Positions 5,731-5,998 of a DNA stretch of 5,998 nucleotides are shown one piece after another (the first letter of the stretch is position 1; every line of letters starts with the position of its first letter). The stretch lies in contig NW_021829704.1 in the NCBI RefSeq assembly GCF_006345805.1, positions 1-5,998 on the forward strand, in the 5' to 3' direction. The stretch is from Octopus sinensis. Lineage: Eukaryota. Under the pieces are notes generated by a model, which saw only the letters and a list, made by a program, of their open reading frames with translations, had not been told where the DNA came from and did no database searches. The position numbers were made by a program, and so were the translations under genes.

Positions 5731-5823
5731 AAAAACGTTAATATCGTTTTTCGAAACACTTCCATTATATGTTTCATAGTCTGCGTGGCACCAGTATGCC
5801 GCAGCTCCCCTTTTAAGACATAC

Positions 5824-5998
5824 TGTTGTTGTCTGATGTGCATATATACGCCTGGTGCTAGTTGTGGTAGCAGGAGCAGTGGTTGTAATGGGGAGAGGAG
5901 GGGCCGGCAGTGTTTGCGGTGGTTATAACGATAGTGATAGTGATGGGAGATTTTTTTGAGTGTTGTTGTTGTTGGTGGTGGTGGCAATGATAATAGTA
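5824..5998. repeat. Degenerate GTT/GGT/GAT trinucleotide low-complexity tract
   Basis: Direct reading. It explains the PPPPTTTT/HHYHYR content of ORF 5724-5987. Confidence 0.75.

Noticed and set aside
1-5998. CRISPR array, rRNA or bona fide tRNA gene
   Set aside because: No repeat-spacer periodicity or rRNA signature; the only A/B boxes belong to the SINE head.

Overview
AT-rich, repeat-dominated eukaryotic DNA with no intact protein-coding gene. The SINE and the microsatellite style point to a cephalopod (Octopus-like) genome; this is inferred from recalled repeat families, not from a search. Most ORFs in the track are microsatellite artefacts. Supported elements: compound (CA)/(TA)/(TG) tracts; an internally deleted hAT transposon (2467-3694) with TIRs, an 8-bp TSD and a frameshifted transposase C-terminus; a mariner deletion derivative nested inside it; a tRNA-derived SINE; a (TATC)n array; and a decayed CR1/L2-group LINE 3' end. 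The most interesting signal is a cluster of three unrelated segments carrying hammerhead-ribozyme-like cores (CUGANGA...GAAA...NUH), consistent with Penelope-like element (PLE) termini. One is a compact unit with E-box, TATA at -31, Inr, two tandem cores and poly(A) signals (1561-1943). One is a 62-bp-arm hairpin element. One is a ~690-bp inverted repeat. Two of the cores appear to share an atypical extra hairpin between CUGAAGA and stem II. All RNA folds were done by eye and ribozyme activity is untested.
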